This document shows positions 19,441 to 29,273 of a stretch of DNA of 64,000 nucleotides, one piece after another. The notes under the pieces are model-generated. The model was given only the letters and a program-made list of their open reading frames with translations, had not been told where the DNA came from and ran no database searches. How positions within the stretch are numbered: position 1 is the stretch's first letter; each line of letters opens with the position of its first letter. A program made the translations under genes and the position numbers. This stretch comes from Actinomycetota bacterium (GTDB taxonomy: Bacteria > Actinomycetota > Geothermincolia > Geothermincolales > RBG-13-55-18): positions 17,173-81,172 of the forward strand of contig JACIXC010000001.1 of NCBI GenBank assembly GCA_014360655.1. The letters run 5' to 3'.

Positions 19441-19555
19441 GGGTGCGTGCGAGGGAATCCACGGCAAACGCATGGATACGAGGAGGGAATTGCGGCAGTG
19501 GGCGCGGCTCTCCCAGGGTGCGTGCGAGGGAATCCATGGCAAACGCATGGATACG
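19441..19555. repeat. Two 40-bp direct repeats separated by a 35-bp spacer, each with an internal 7-bp-stem hairpin
   Basis: gggtgcgtgcgagggaatcca(c/t)ggcaaacgcatggatacg at 19441-19480 and 19516-19555 (1 mismatch). Embedded ATCCATG-GCAAACG-CATGGAT hairpin. A degenerate third half-copy lies upstream (gtgaaacgcagggc). Confidence 0.75.
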
Positions 19556-19578
19556 GCGGGAACCTCCGGGCACGAGGG

Positions 19579-20115
19579 TCAACGCAACACCCTTGTGATC
19601 ACCGGCCGGTAGGAGGAAGCCCCCCTGGTGCCGGGGGCGTACACGCGCGCCAGCAGGAGATAGGAGAGGACGAGGAAACCGAAGCCGAAGAACAGTCCAA
19701 GCGGCACGGCGAATGCGCCGTCGAAAAGCACGGCGGAGACGAGCGCCGCGACGCCCAGGCCCGCCAGGAAGGCGGCCAGTGGTAGCCCGTAGAGGATATA
19801 GGCGGCCTTGAGGGAGGTCCTGAAGGGGAGTTCCACCTCTACCCTGTCACCCACCCCGGCACCCGCCTCGTTCAGGGCCTCGGCCAGCATTTGTCCTTCA
19901 CCTGCAACCACGCAGCAGGACCCGCACCCCTCGCACTGCCTGCCACGTGGGATGAGCACCTCGGCCAGCTCCCCCCGCACGGCTATCACGGTGCCCTCCT
20001 CCCGCCTGCCGTGCCCGTCCCCTCCCGCAAGGCGCCTCCAGGACGCCTCCGTCGCGCCGTCCCTCTCCTCCACCTTCAACCTCTCCTCTTTACCGGCGGT
20101 CTCCACGCAACACAC
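19579..20115 (-). CDS. RseC/MucC-like (SoxR-reducing system type) membrane protein
   Basis: 178 aa. Cytoplasmic GTVIAVRGELAEVLIPRGRQCEGCGSCC Cys cluster followed by two TM helices, the RseC_MucC architecture. Starts 9 nt after the copA stop. Confidence 0.55.
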   Translation of the reverse strand: MCCVETAGKEERLKVEERDGATEASWRRLAGGDGHGRREEGTVIAVRGELAEVLIPRGRQCEGCGSCCVVAGEGQMLAEALNEAGAGVGDRVEVELPFRTSLKAAYILYGLPLAAFLAGLGVAALVSAVLFDGAFAVPLGLFFGFGFLVLSYLLLARVYAPGTRGASSYRPVITRVLR

Positions 20116-20124
20116 GGTATTATC

Positions 20125-22797
20125 TTACCCCGCTTCCGACCTCGCCTTCACGGCGCCCATTCTCCCCACCTCGCGGAACCGGCGCAGGCGCAACGAATTG
20201 CTCACCACCGAGACGGAGCTGAAGGCCATGGCCAACGCGGCGTAGACCGGGTTGAGCAGAACCCCCCACAGGGGATAGAGCACCCCCGCGGCCACGGGAA
20301 TGCCCACCACGTTGTAGAAGAAGGCCCAGAAGAGGTTCTGCCTGATGGTGCGCAGGGTGGCGCGGGAAAGGGTCACGGCGGCGGCTACCTTGCGCAGGTC
20401 GTCGGAGATAAGGGTGATGTCCGAGGCCTCCAGGGCCACGTCGGTGCCGCTCCCCACGGCTATGCCGATATCCGCCTGTGCCAGGGCGGGAGCGTCGTTG
20501 ATGCCGTCGCCCACCATGGCCACCACCCTGCCCTCGCCCTGCAGTCGCTCTATCTCCCGCGCCTTCTCCCCCGGAAGGACCTCCGCCAGGACCCGCTCCA
20601 CCCCCGCCCGGCGCGCAACCGCCTGCGCGGAGGAGAGCCGGTCCCCGCTGAGCATGGCCACCTCGATCCCCAGCGCGCGCAGGGCACGCACGGCCTCCAC
20701 AGCCGTGTCCTTGAGCGCATCGGTAACCGCCACCAGCCCCCAGAGTTCTCCGTCCAGGGACACGTAGACCACCGTCTTGCCCTCACGCGACAGCCTCTCC
20801 GCCTCTCCCTCGAGACCGCGCGTGTCCACGCCGTTTTCGGACAGGAAGGCGGAGTTGCCCAGCAAAGCCCTCGCGCCACGCCAGGCGGCAGCCACCCCCT
20901 TACCTGGAAACGCCTGGAAATCGGATGCCTCTCCCGGGGTTATCCCCCTCTCTTCGGCTTCCCGCACCATGGTCTCCGCCAGCGGGTGCTCACTCCCCCG
21001 CTCCACGGTGGCCGCCAGGAATAGCAGCTCCTCCTCGCTCCTCCCCTCCGCGGCGAGGAGGTCGCTCACCTCGGGCCTTCCCCGCGTTAGGGTCCCCGTC
21101 TTATCGAAGACCACGGTATCAAGCCTGCCGGCTCTCTCCAGCACCTCTCCTCCCCTGATGAGAATCCCCATCTCCGCGCCCTTCCCCGTGCCCACCATGA
21201 TGGCGGTAGGAGTGGCCAGCCCCAGGGCGCAGGGGCAGGCGATGACCAGTACGGCCACGAAGTTGAGGAGGGCGAAGTTGAAGGACGGCTCCGGTCCCGC
21301 CAGCAACCAGGCCAGGAAGGTCACCGCCGCCATACCCATGACCGCGGGGACGAAGACGGCGGCCACCCTGTCTGCCAGGCGCTGCACGGGCGCCTTGCTG
21401 CCCTGCGCCTCCTCCACCAGGCGTATGATCTGCGCCAGCACCGTGTCCCCTCCCACCCGCGTCGCCCGGAAGCGGAAGGAGCCGGTGCCGTTGATGGTAG
21501 CCCCGGTGACCTCGTCGCCGGGCCCCTTCTCCACCGGAAGCGGCTCGCCGCTCAGCATGGACTCGTCAACGCTGCTGCGGCCTTCCAGGACCACACCGTC
21601 CACGGGGATCTTCTCGCCGGGCCGCACCACCACGACATCCCCCACCTTTACCTCCTCCACCGGGATCTCGACCTCTCCATCGTCCCTGACCACCCTCGCG
21701 AGGCGGGCACGCAGGCCCATGAGGCGCCTTATGGCCTCCGAGGTGCGCCCCCTCGCCCTTGCCTCCAGGAAGCGCCCCAGCAGGATGAGGGCGATGATGG
21801 TGGCGGAGGCGTCGTAGTAGACCGCAAGCTCGAGACCGGTGCCGCTGATGAAAGAGGGGAAGAAGGTCGCCACCACGCTGTAGGCGTAGGCGGCGGTGGT
21901 CCCCACCGCTATGAGTGTGTTCATGTCCGTGGTCCCATGGCGCGCCGCCCGCAAGGCCGCGCGATAGAAGGTCAGGCCCGGCCCGAACTGCACCGGCGTG
22001 GCCAGGGCGAAGAGCAGGTAGAAGAGGGTCCGCTCGGGGATATCCCTCAGTCCCGGGAGGTGCATGCCGAGCATGGACAGGAACATGATCACCGCGGCCG
22101 ATGCCAGGCTGTAGATGAGCTTCGCCCGCAACACGCGGCCCTCCCTCTCGCGGCGCCGCCTCTCGCGGTCGAGGGGTTCCTCTCCCTCGCCGGGAGGCAG
22201 CAGCCTGTATCCCGCCGCCTCCACGGTGCGGGCCATCTTCTCGTAAGAAGCGATTGCGGGGTCGAAGACGACGGCAGCCCTCTCCGTGGCCAGGTTGACG
22301 TCCGCGCTCATCACCCCCTCCACCCCGCCGAGGGCCTTCTCCACGCGCGCCACGCAGGAGGCGCAGGTCATGCCCTCCACGCCGAAGACCGCCTTCTCCA
22401 GCCCTGCCCGGTAGCCCAGCTCCTCTATGACCTTCGCCATCCCTTCCGCGCTCACCTTGTTGGGCTGGTAGGATATGGTAGCTTTCTCGGAAGCCAGGTT
22501 CACGGACACCTCCTCCACCCCCGGCAGGTCCCTGAGGGCCTTCTCCACCCTGGCGGTGCAGGAGGCGCAGGTCATGCCGCCCACCCTGATGACCAACCGG
22601 GAGGCGTCACCACCGCTCCCGCTCTCTGCCTTCTCCCCGCCCGCGGCGACTTGCTCTTCTTGCTCCTCGCTCCCGACCCCTGTGCGCTTCATCTCCATCA
22701 TCTCCAGACCCGCTCGCGCCACGCCTCCGTGAGCCCCCGGAAGCAGACTCAGAATCCCTCTTCCGCTCAACTCCCGCTTTTCAAGCGCGACTTCCAA
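20125..22797 (-). CDS. copA: Copper-translocating P1B-type ATPase with two N-terminal HMA domains
   Basis: 890 aa. Two GMTCASC heavy-metal-associated motifs. TM CPC motif ([12 protein letters not shown]). DKTGTLT phosphorylation site. GDGINDAP hinge. Confidence 0.9.
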   Translation of the reverse strand: MEVALEKRELSGRGILSLLPGAHGGVARAGLEMMEMKRTGVGSEEQEEQVAAGGEKAESGSGGDASRLVIRVGGMTCASCTARVEKALRDLPGVEEVSVNLASEKATISYQPNKVSAEGMAKVIEELGYRAGLEKAVFGVEGMTCASCVARVEKALGGVEGVMSADVNLATERAAVVFDPAIASYEKMARTVEAAGYRLLPPGEGEEPLDRERRRREREGRVLRAKLIYSLASAAVIMFLSMLGMHLPGLRDIPERTLFYLLFALATPVQFGPGLTFYRAALRAARHGTTDMNTLIAVGTTAAYAYSVVATFFPSFISGTGLELAVYYDASATIIALILLGRFLEARARGRTSEAIRRLMGLRARLARVVRDDGEVEIPVEEVKVGDVVVVRPGEKIPVDGVVLEGRSSVDESMLSGEPLPVEKGPGDEVTGATINGTGSFRFRATRVGGDTVLAQIIRLVEEAQGSKAPVQRLADRVAAVFVPAVMGMAAVTFLAWLLAGPEPSFNFALLNFVAVLVIACPCALGLATPTAIMVGTGKGAEMGILIRGGEVLERAGRLDTVVFDKTGTLTRGRPEVSDLLAAEGRSEEELLFLAATVERGSEHPLAETMVREAEERGITPGEASDFQAFPGKGVAAAWRGARALLGNSAFLSENGVDTRGLEGEAERLSREGKTVVYVSLDGELWGLVAVTDALKDTAVEAVRALRALGIEVAMLSGDRLSSAQAVARRAGVERVLAEVLPGEKAREIERLQGEGRVVAMVGDGINDAPALAQADIGIAVGSGTDVALEASDITLISDDLRKVAAAVTLSRATLRTIRQNLFWAFFYNVVGIPVAAGVLYPLWGVLLNPVYAALAMAFSSVSVVSNSLRLRRFREVGRMGAVKARSEAG

Positions 22798-22913
22798 CTC
22801 GTGAAACGCGCTCTCGACGCATAAAGTCCTTCTTAATCCATTATGAATGCATCGTTTTCCTCAGTACATGAGCCATCCCATAAAGGTCCCTCCCCGTAGA
22901 AAGGCATGTGACG

Positions 22914-23285
22914 CCGGGCGGGACCGCTACCCTGAGACCTCGGCCCGGCCTCCTTATACGCTCCCACCAAGGCCGGGAACGACCGGGTCGGTCGCAGCGA
23001 GCCTCTACTGAACCACCCACACAGGCCGGGTCCGGGGGTCGGGTGAGCGACATCGCAAGCGGCCTCAGGACGAGGAAGGTAGATGATGAACCCTTGCATG
23101 GATGGAGCCCCTGCATGAAGAGGGGAGACCATCGTGAGGCCGCGCGTCGCGGAGCGAGCACGAAACCCCGGCCCGGCCTCCTTATACGCTCCCACCAAGG
23201 CCGGGAACGACCGGGTCGGTCGCAGCGAGCCTGCGAGCGAGACCGTTACCCGGCGGCCCGGCCGCCGGAAGAAGGACGGGCGTCA
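22914..23285. repeat. Second locus of the ~100-bp repeat family (two copies, first carries a ~150-bp insertion at the same internal site)
   Basis: tccttatacgctcccaccaaggccgggaacgaccgggtcggtcgcagcgagcc at 22951-23003 and 23178-23232. Copy 2 continues tgcgagcgagaccgttacccggcggcccggccgccggaagaagg. Copy 1 is interrupted after gcagcgagcc by 23004-23150. Lies in the divergent region between copA and the UPF0104 gene. Confidence 0.7.
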
Positions 23286-23341
23286 TGGAGCGATCACGCG
23301 CACCCGGCCCCATTTCATCGCGCTTCGGGTAAAATGCCCTT

Positions 23342-24460
23342 ATGGGCGAGGAACAACCCTGCGACACGGGCGGAAGCACCGGCCGCTCTCGGAGGCGGCG
23401 GGGCCTTATCATGGCCGTCTCCCTCTCCGCCGCCACCCTCATCGTCATCTCCCTGGTCACCCTGGACAGGGCGACGTTCAGCGCCCTCTCCAACCTCTCC
23501 CCCGGCTTCCTGCTCCTCGCCGTCGCCCTCTCCCTCGGGCGCTGGCTGTGGGCGGTGCTGCGCATGCGCCTGCTCATAAGCTGGGCGGGAAAGAGCGTGC
23601 CCGTACGGAACGTCGCAAAGACGGTGTACGCGGGCTATTTCACCGGCCTCATCACGCCCTGGAGGGCGGGCGGGGTAACGGGGGAGATGTTCTTCCTTTA
23701 CGTCTACGGGCTGGGGGCAGGGGAGGGGGTGGCCGTGGTCTCCTTCGGCGCCTGCGTATCCACCGTGCTGCTCATGCTCTTCTTCCCCTTCGCCATATGG
23801 ATAGCACGCAGCCACATCGCCCTCTCCGTGTCCGTGCAGGGGGTACTCTTCTCGGCCCTGGCCGTGGGGCTGCTTTACCTGGCCCTTGTGCTGTGGGCCC
23901 TGCTGCGGCCACAGAGCGCCTTGGACAAGACGCTCCTCGCGCACTCGCCCGCGTTCCTGCGCAGGCGGGAGCGGTACCGCCGCTTCCTGGAAAGGCTCGC
24001 TTGCGAGATCCAGTCCTTCACGCTGTCCCTGCGCCGCCTGGTCCGCCTGGGAAAAGCAAGGCTGTCGGCCGTGGTGCTCCTGACGGCGCTTTACTGGCTG
24101 ACGGGATTCCTGGCCGTCCCGGCGGCGGTGGTCGGCCTGGGCTATGCTTCCTATTTCTGGAAGGCGCTGGTGGCGCAGCTGGTGGTGCACATCCTCATGC
24201 CCTTCGTGCCCACCCCCGGCGGGAGCGGGATAGGCGAGATAGGGTTCCTCTACGTGTACAAGAGCGTTCTGCCCGACCTGGGCCTCGCCGCGCTGCTCAC
24301 CCTCATCTGGCGCTTCATAGACTTCTATCTCGGTCTGCTGGTGGGCGGCGGGGCCTTCCTGCTCGTCATGCGGGATTTCAACCGCTCTCCGAGCCGCGCC
24401 GCCGCGGACGCGCAGCTCGCGGCGCCGCGCGCCGGCGAGGAGACCTCCAAGGCGGGTTGA
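23342..24460 (+). CDS. UPF0104/LPG-synthase-TM (flippase-like) integral membrane protein
   Basis: 372 aa. About 8 TM helices. Motifs typical of the flippase-like TIGR00374 family (RWLWAVLRMRLL, GYFTGLITPWRAGG). Confidence 0.65.
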   Translation: MGEEQPCDTGGSTGRSRRRRGLIMAVSLSAATLIVISLVTLDRATFSALSNLSPGFLLLAVALSLGRWLWAVLRMRLLISWAGKSVPVRNVAKTVYAGYFTGLITPWRAGGVTGEMFFLYVYGLGAGEGVAVVSFGACVSTVLLMLFFPFAIWIARSHIALSVSVQGVLFSALAVGLLYLALVLWALLRPQSALDKTLLAHSPAFLRRRERYRRFLERLACEIQSFTLSLRRLVRLGKARLSAVVLLTALYWLTGFLAVPAAVVGLGYASYFWKALVAQLVVHILMPFVPTPGGSGIGEIGFLYVYKSVLPDLGLAALLTLIWRFIDFYLGLLVGGGAFLLVMRDFNRSPSRAAADAQLAAPRAGEETSKAG

Positions 24461-24690
24461 GGGCCATTCCCCGTTCCGCGCCCTTCACACGAGGGGCGGG
24501 GCACGCCGTGGGGGTGGCCCGGAAGCGGTAAAACACCGATCTCCACGGTCACCGAGCAGAGCGACCGGTTGACGGGCGAGCACGCGAGAGGATATGATTA
24601 CCCAGCGTTTACATACGGCTGCCGCAATGCTGTTCTTGCCCGCGGCCGTCACAACGGCATCCGCGGGGGAAAGGAAGGGGTGCCTCAAAG

Positions 24691-25536
24691 ATGAAGCTCG
24701 ATGGGAAAAGGGTGGTCATCACCGGCGCGGGGGCCGGCCTGGGAAGGGAGTTCGCCCTCGCGCTGGCCGCGAAGGGCTGCAGCATAGGGGTAACGGATAT
24801 AGAACTCGCGAGGGCGGAGGAGACCCTGCGCCTCGTGTTGGAAAGGGGCGGGAAGGGCGAGGCTCTGCGGGTGGACGTCACCGACCCATCCGCCGTGGAG
24901 GCCATGGCCGATCACTTCTTCGAAGCCTGGGGAGGGGTGGACCTCCTCGTCAACAACGCCGGCGTGGTGTCCGCGGGTTACGTGGGTGACATCCCCCTCG
25001 AGGACTGGCACTGGCAGTACGACGTTAACTTCTGGGGGGTCATCCACGGGTGTCATTTCTTCATCCCCAGGATGAAAAAGCAGGGTTTCGGCCATATCCT
25101 GAACGTCGCCTCATCCTTCGGCTTCCTAAGCTTTCTGGAGATAGCCCCCTACAACTCCACCAAGGCTGCCGTGATCTCAGTCTCGGAAACCCTCAGGACC
25201 GAGCTCGCCCCCTCGGGGATAGGCGTCACCGCCCTCTGCCCCATGTTCGTGCGCACCAGCCTCCTGGAGTCTCTGAGGTACACCGACGATTTCGAGAGCA
25301 ACCTGGCCCACACCGCCTTCGCGCATGCGCGCATGGGAGCCGACAGGGTGGCCGCGGCCGGCTTGAGGGCGGTGGAGAAGAACCGGCTCTACTGCGTGCC
25401 CCAGCTCTCCGGCCAGATCTTCTGGCACTTGAAGCGCTTCAACCCGGAGCTCTTCTACCGCACGCTGGCCTGGATAAACGGGCAAAAATGGGGCAGGGGC
25501 TTCATGCTGTGGATGGCCCGCAGGGGCTTCCTGTGA
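24691..25536 (+). CDS. Short-chain dehydrogenase/reductase (SDR)
   Basis: 281 aa. GKRVVITGAGAGLGRE cofactor motif, NNAG, S...YNSTKAA catalytic triad region. Confidence 0.85.
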   Translation: MKLDGKRVVITGAGAGLGREFALALAAKGCSIGVTDIELARAEETLRLVLERGGKGEALRVDVTDPSAVEAMADHFFEAWGGVDLLVNNAGVVSAGYVGDIPLEDWHWQYDVNFWGVIHGCHFFIPRMKKQGFGHILNVASSFGFLSFLEIAPYNSTKAAVISVSETLRTELAPSGIGVTALCPMFVRTSLLESLRYTDDFESNLAHTAFAHARMGADRVAAAGLRAVEKNRLYCVPQLSGQIFWHLKRFNPELFYRTLAWINGQKWGRGFMLWMARRGFL

Positions 25537-25635
25537 GCCCCGTGAGCCTCGACCAACCACCCGCCGCACGAGGGGCTCAGGCCGCGAGTCCCCGGCTGTC
25601 AGCCCGGCGGGTTCCCGCTCCCTGGCTCCCGGGCC

Positions 25636-26871
25636 CTATTCCTCGCCCACTATGGCCTCCCCGGCTACCAGTGCCAGGAAGTCGTTGGAACCGTCCTCGA
25701 TGAGGCCCGCCCGGGCGTCCCGGAAGAGCTTCTCTATGGTCGACTCCTTGGAAAGCCCGAAGCCCCCCATGAGCTGCACCGCCTCGTTGGCCACCTCGAA
25801 GGCCGCCTGGGTACAGAAGACCTTGGAGGCGATGGAGTACTGGGTGAGAGGCGGGTTGGTGTTGAAGTTGAACTCCATGACCGCGCGCGAGAAGGCGCGG
25901 CACGCCTCCACCAGCTTGAACATGTGGAAGAGCTTGTAGCGGACCAGCTGGTGCTCTATGAGCCTCTTCCCTCCCTGCACCCTCTGCTTGCAGTAGGCGA
26001 GCGCTTCCTCGTAGCAGGCCCGCGCGACGCCGGTGAAGAAGGCGCCCATGCTGGCGTTGGCCGTGGACAGGGTGACATCCAGCATGGCTTCGTAGGAGTC
26101 CTGTTCGATGAGCATGTACTCCCTGGGCACCCTCACGTTGTCGAAGTATATCTCCCCCTGGTTGAGGGCCCGCTGTCCCAGCTTGTTCCAGGGTTTCCCG
26201 CGCGAGACGCCCGGCAGGTCGAGGGGGACGATGCATATTCCTCCCCCGGCCATGCCCATCTCGGGGTCGATGGTCAGGTAAACGGTGGCGTGGGTGGCGA
26301 TGGTCCCGCAGGACACCCATGCGGCCTTGGTGCCGTTGATCACCCACTCGTCCCCGTCCAGGACGGCGCGGCAGGCGGTGCGGGCGATGTCCGGGTTGCA
26401 GAACTGCTCCGTGAAGGGGGCCAGGGTATCCGAGCCGTGGTCGGGCTCCGTGATGGCCCAGCAGCCGATCATCTTGGCCTCCTCGTCCTCGCAGTAGGGG
26501 ACGATGATGTTCTCGATGAGGAACTCCGTGGGCACCAGGCTGGCCAGGAAGGCCGGAAAGCAGGCCACCCCGAAGGCGATCATGAAGTCGATGGAGCCCC
26601 AGGATATCTCCTCGAAGAGCATGTGTACCTCGAGGGGCGAGAAGCCGCCTCCGCCGTAGATCTCGGGTATGAGTATCTTGTGCAGGCCGATCTTGTAGCC
26701 CTTGCGGAACACATCCCAGAAAACGGATTCCTTGGCGATGACGTCCTCGGGATCCAGCTTGTCCAGCTCCAGGCTGGCCGGGCGCAGCACCTCGCTCGCG
26801 AAGGTGTGCACCATGTCGCGGTTCATCTTCTGCACCTTGGTGATGTTCAGGTTCAGGTCGGTGTACGGCAT
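25636..26871 (-). CDS. Acyl-CoA dehydrogenase
   Basis: 411 aa. ACAD N/M/C domains. C-terminal RDARAGLIEDGSN carries the catalytic Glu in the IxEG position. Confidence 0.85.
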   Translation of the reverse strand: MPYTDLNLNITKVQKMNRDMVHTFASEVLRPASLELDKLDPEDVIAKESVFWDVFRKGYKIGLHKILIPEIYGGGGFSPLEVHMLFEEISWGSIDFMIAFGVACFPAFLASLVPTEFLIENIIVPYCEDEEAKMIGCWAITEPDHGSDTLAPFTEQFCNPDIARTACRAVLDGDEWVINGTKAAWVSCGTIATHATVYLTIDPEMGMAGGGICIVPLDLPGVSRGKPWNKLGQRALNQGEIYFDNVRVPREYMLIEQDSYEAMLDVTLSTANASMGAFFTGVARACYEEALAYCKQRVQGGKRLIEHQLVRYKLFHMFKLVEACRAFSRAVMEFNFNTNPPLTQYSIASKVFCTQAAFEVANEAVQLMGGFGLSKESTIEKLFRDARAGLIEDGSNDFLALVAGEAIVGEE

Positions 26872-26916
26872 GCTTACCCCCTCCCTTTCACGGCGCTCTT
26901 ACCCTTCCCTGCCTCT

Positions 26917-28527
26917 TCACAGGTAATCCTCGGCCCGGTAGACGTTTTCCGCCTGCGGCGAAAACTCCTCGCGCAGCACCCGGTCCAGGTACTTCTCCGA
27001 GGCGCTCTTGGGAATCTCTTCCACCACCTGCAGGTAACTCGGGACGGCGTTCTTCTCCAGGCCCTCGGCGGCCTTCCTGAACACGGAAGCGGGATCGATG
27101 GAGCGGCCCTCGAAGGGAGCCACCGCGGCGACCAGGTCGCTCTCCCCGGGAGCCCCGGAGGAGGCCGGTATGCCGTATACGCACACCTCGGACACGTCGG
27201 GGTGCTCCCCGATGACCTTCTCCACGTAGGAGGGGATGATGAACTCGCCCTGGCGCCGCAGCCCCCCTCCCTCCTTGCGGTAATCGAAGAAGAGCCAGCC
27301 TTCCTCGTCGCGGTGGACCATGTCGCCGGTGCGCAGCCAGCCCCCCCGCGTCTTCGCCGCAGAGTCCTCGGGTCTCCCGTGGTACTCCACCTCGGGCTTC
27401 TGAGTGACCGCCCGCATGAGCAGCTCACCGGTGACGAAGGGCGGCACCTCGTTGTCGTTCTCGTCCACGATCCTGTACTCCATGAGCCCTTCGATGGGCT
27501 TGCCGAAGGAGCCTACGGGGCCCTGGTCGATTGGCTTGTAGGCGAAGCCTCCCTCCACCGCCCCGTACCATTCCAGTATCTTCACGTTGAAGCGCTTCTC
27601 GAAGTCCTCCCAGATGGCCACGGGGGTGCCCGCGGAGATGACCACCTCCACGGGGTTGTCCGCGTCGTCCGGCCGCGGCGGCTCGTTGTAGATACCGGAC
27701 ATCATGCCCCCCAGGAGGGAAAAGGTGGTGCAACCGTAGCGCCGGCATATGTCCCAGATGCGGCTCTTGGTGAAGCGCTGGCTGATCACCGCCCGGATGC
27801 CCAGGGCCAGGGCGGACATCATGGTCACCGCCTGGGCATTGCCGTGGGTGAGGGAAAGGCCGGTGTAGAGGATGGAGTCCTCCGTGTATCCCCACACCAT
27901 CCTGGCGAGGGCGGTGTACATCAACGTGCGCGACGCCTTGATGACCACTCCCTTGGGGTTGCCGGTGACCCCCGAAGTGTAGATTATTTCCATGGGGAGG
28001 TTCGGGTCATCCACCCTGCCTTCAAGCTCGTAGATGTCCGGGCCGTCCACCAGCTCGTTCACGGTGGGATACTTCGTGGCCAAAGAAAGGTCGGCATCCG
28101 GTTTAAGGTTGAGCCAGATGCGCTCAATCCCCGGCAGGGTTCTCGCCTGCGCCTCCACCTCCGGCAACAGGTCGGCGGTGGTGATCACGGCCCTGGCCCT
28201 GCAGTCACCCAGCATGTAGGCGAGCTTCTCGCCCCGGGATCGAGGGTCTATGGGCACCGCCACGTAGCCGAGCAGGTTGGCGGCCGCCATGGCGTAGACC
28301 ATCTCAGGGTGGTTGCGCATGACCAGGGCCACGGCATCCCCCTTGCCTATGCCGCTCTCCCGCAGGCCCCTGGCCACCTTGAAGGTGTTGGCCACCAGCT
28401 GGCGGTAGGTCAGGGGCTCGTCACGGTAAAGCCCGCCGTTCTCGAAGACCAGCCCCACGAACTCGGGCTTCTCCTCCATGCGCATCTCCATCTGGTGAAA
28501 GATGAGCGCGGGGTTTTTCTCCTCCAT
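26917..28527 (-). CDS. AMP-dependent acyl-CoA synthetase (paralog A)
   Basis: 536 aa. YTSGVTGNPKGVV AMP-binding motif. About 75% aa identity to 31458-33197 with about 100-bp near-identical DNA blocks. Confidence 0.85.
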   Translation of the reverse strand: MEEKNPALIFHQMEMRMEEKPEFVGLVFENGGLYRDEPLTYRQLVANTFKVARGLRESGIGKGDAVALVMRNHPEMVYAMAAANLLGYVAVPIDPRSRGEKLAYMLGDCRARAVITTADLLPEVEAQARTLPGIERIWLNLKPDADLSLATKYPTVNELVDGPDIYELEGRVDDPNLPMEIIYTSGVTGNPKGVVIKASRTLMYTALARMVWGYTEDSILYTGLSLTHGNAQAVTMMSALALGIRAVISQRFTKSRIWDICRRYGCTTFSLLGGMMSGIYNEPPRPDDADNPVEVVISAGTPVAIWEDFEKRFNVKILEWYGAVEGGFAYKPIDQGPVGSFGKPIEGLMEYRIVDENDNEVPPFVTGELLMRAVTQKPEVEYHGRPEDSAAKTRGGWLRTGDMVHRDEEGWLFFDYRKEGGGLRRQGEFIIPSYVEKVIGEHPDVSEVCVYGIPASSGAPGESDLVAAVAPFEGRSIDPASVFRKAAEGLEKNAVPSYLQVVEEIPKSASEKYLDRVLREEFSPQAENVYRAEDYL

Positions 28528-28618
28528 CGCTGCGTCCCTCCTCTAAGCCCTGCCTCCTGCGCCAGCAGGCATCTCGCCCGCGGCGGCATGTCCAGCCTGT
28601 CTCGAACGCCGTTTACCC

Positions 28619-29269
28619 TCACTCAACCGCACCCATGAAACGACGGGTGAAGGAGGGGAACTCCCTGGCGAATATCTCCGCCCATTCCTCCTCCGTCCAG
28701 TACTTGTGACGGTCGAAGAAGGGGTCCCGCGGCTGGTAACTGACCGCCACCCCGATGCAGAAGTCCACGTCCTCTATGAACTCGCAGGCGGGCGCGGCGG
28801 CGCCTATGGTCTGGAAGACGCGGCAGTGCAGCCCCAGGCGCCAGGCCATGGCCGCCGCGGCGTTTGCCGCCATGTGCACGTCGTAGACAACGAAGTGGCA
28901 GCACGGGCCGTTTATGATAGACTCTACTTCATCCGCCTTGTTCAGCTCCTCGCAGGTGCGAAAACCGCAGGCCCCGCAGTCGAAGTTGTAGACGGATTTT
29001 CTCCTCGCCCCTATCAGCAGCGCACGGGCATCCTCCTTGGCCAAGTCCAGAAAGCTCCTGCCGTCCCGGTTGAAGAGGGGCGAGACCTCCGCCACGCCTT
29101 CGCAATATCCCGACAAGTCCTCGAATTCCTCCGGTCCTATGGCCGCCATCCTGATCCTGGGATGCCCGAATTTCAGGGCCGTGGAAGCCGCAACCGCCAT
29201 GAGCTCCACCGCCCGGTCGAGACCACCGCCCAAGAGCTCCTCAGCTTTTTTGACCGCCATGGCACGCAC
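28619..29269 (-). CDS. Cys-rich protein, DUF2148/COG4739-like ferredoxin-domain protein (tentative)
   Basis: 216 aa. DCGACGFRTC and GPCCHF motifs. Paralog of the adjacent gene. Confidence 0.45.
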   Translation of the reverse strand: MRAMAVKKAEELLGGGLDRAVELMAVAASTALKFGHPRIRMAAIGPEEFEDLSGYCEGVAEVSPLFNRDGRSFLDLAKEDARALLIGARRKSVYNFDCGACGFRTCEELNKADEVESIINGPCCHFVVYDVHMAANAAAAMAWRLGLHCRVFQTIGAAAPACEFIEDVDFCIGVAVSYQPRDPFFDRHKYWTEEEWAEIFAREFPSFTRRFMGAVE

Positions 29270-29273
29270 CCCC

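Noticed and set aside
18832-19548. 238-aa maximal ORF for RidA with MRLPWIPSHAP duplicated N-terminus
   Set aside because: The N-terminal 109 residues derive from the 40-bp direct repeats and are Arg/Pro-rich. The RidA domain starts at ATG 19221.
19441-19555. Possible minimal CRISPR array (40-bp repeats, 35-bp spacer)
   Set aside because: Only two repeat copies and no cas genes anywhere in the window. It is better described as a direct-repeat/hairpin element.
13336-23285. The ~100-bp repeat family as a CRISPR-like array
   Set aside because: Unit length of about 100 bp, tandem units without regular spacers, and insertions of 45 and 150 bp at a fixed internal site are incompatible with CRISPR architecture.
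22833-23579. ORFs 22833-23198(-), 22841-23161(-), 22908-23579(+) in the copA/UPF0104 intergenic region
   Set aside because: They are translations of the dispersed repeat units. Identical peptide fragments recur because of the DNA repeats, and no domain features are present.
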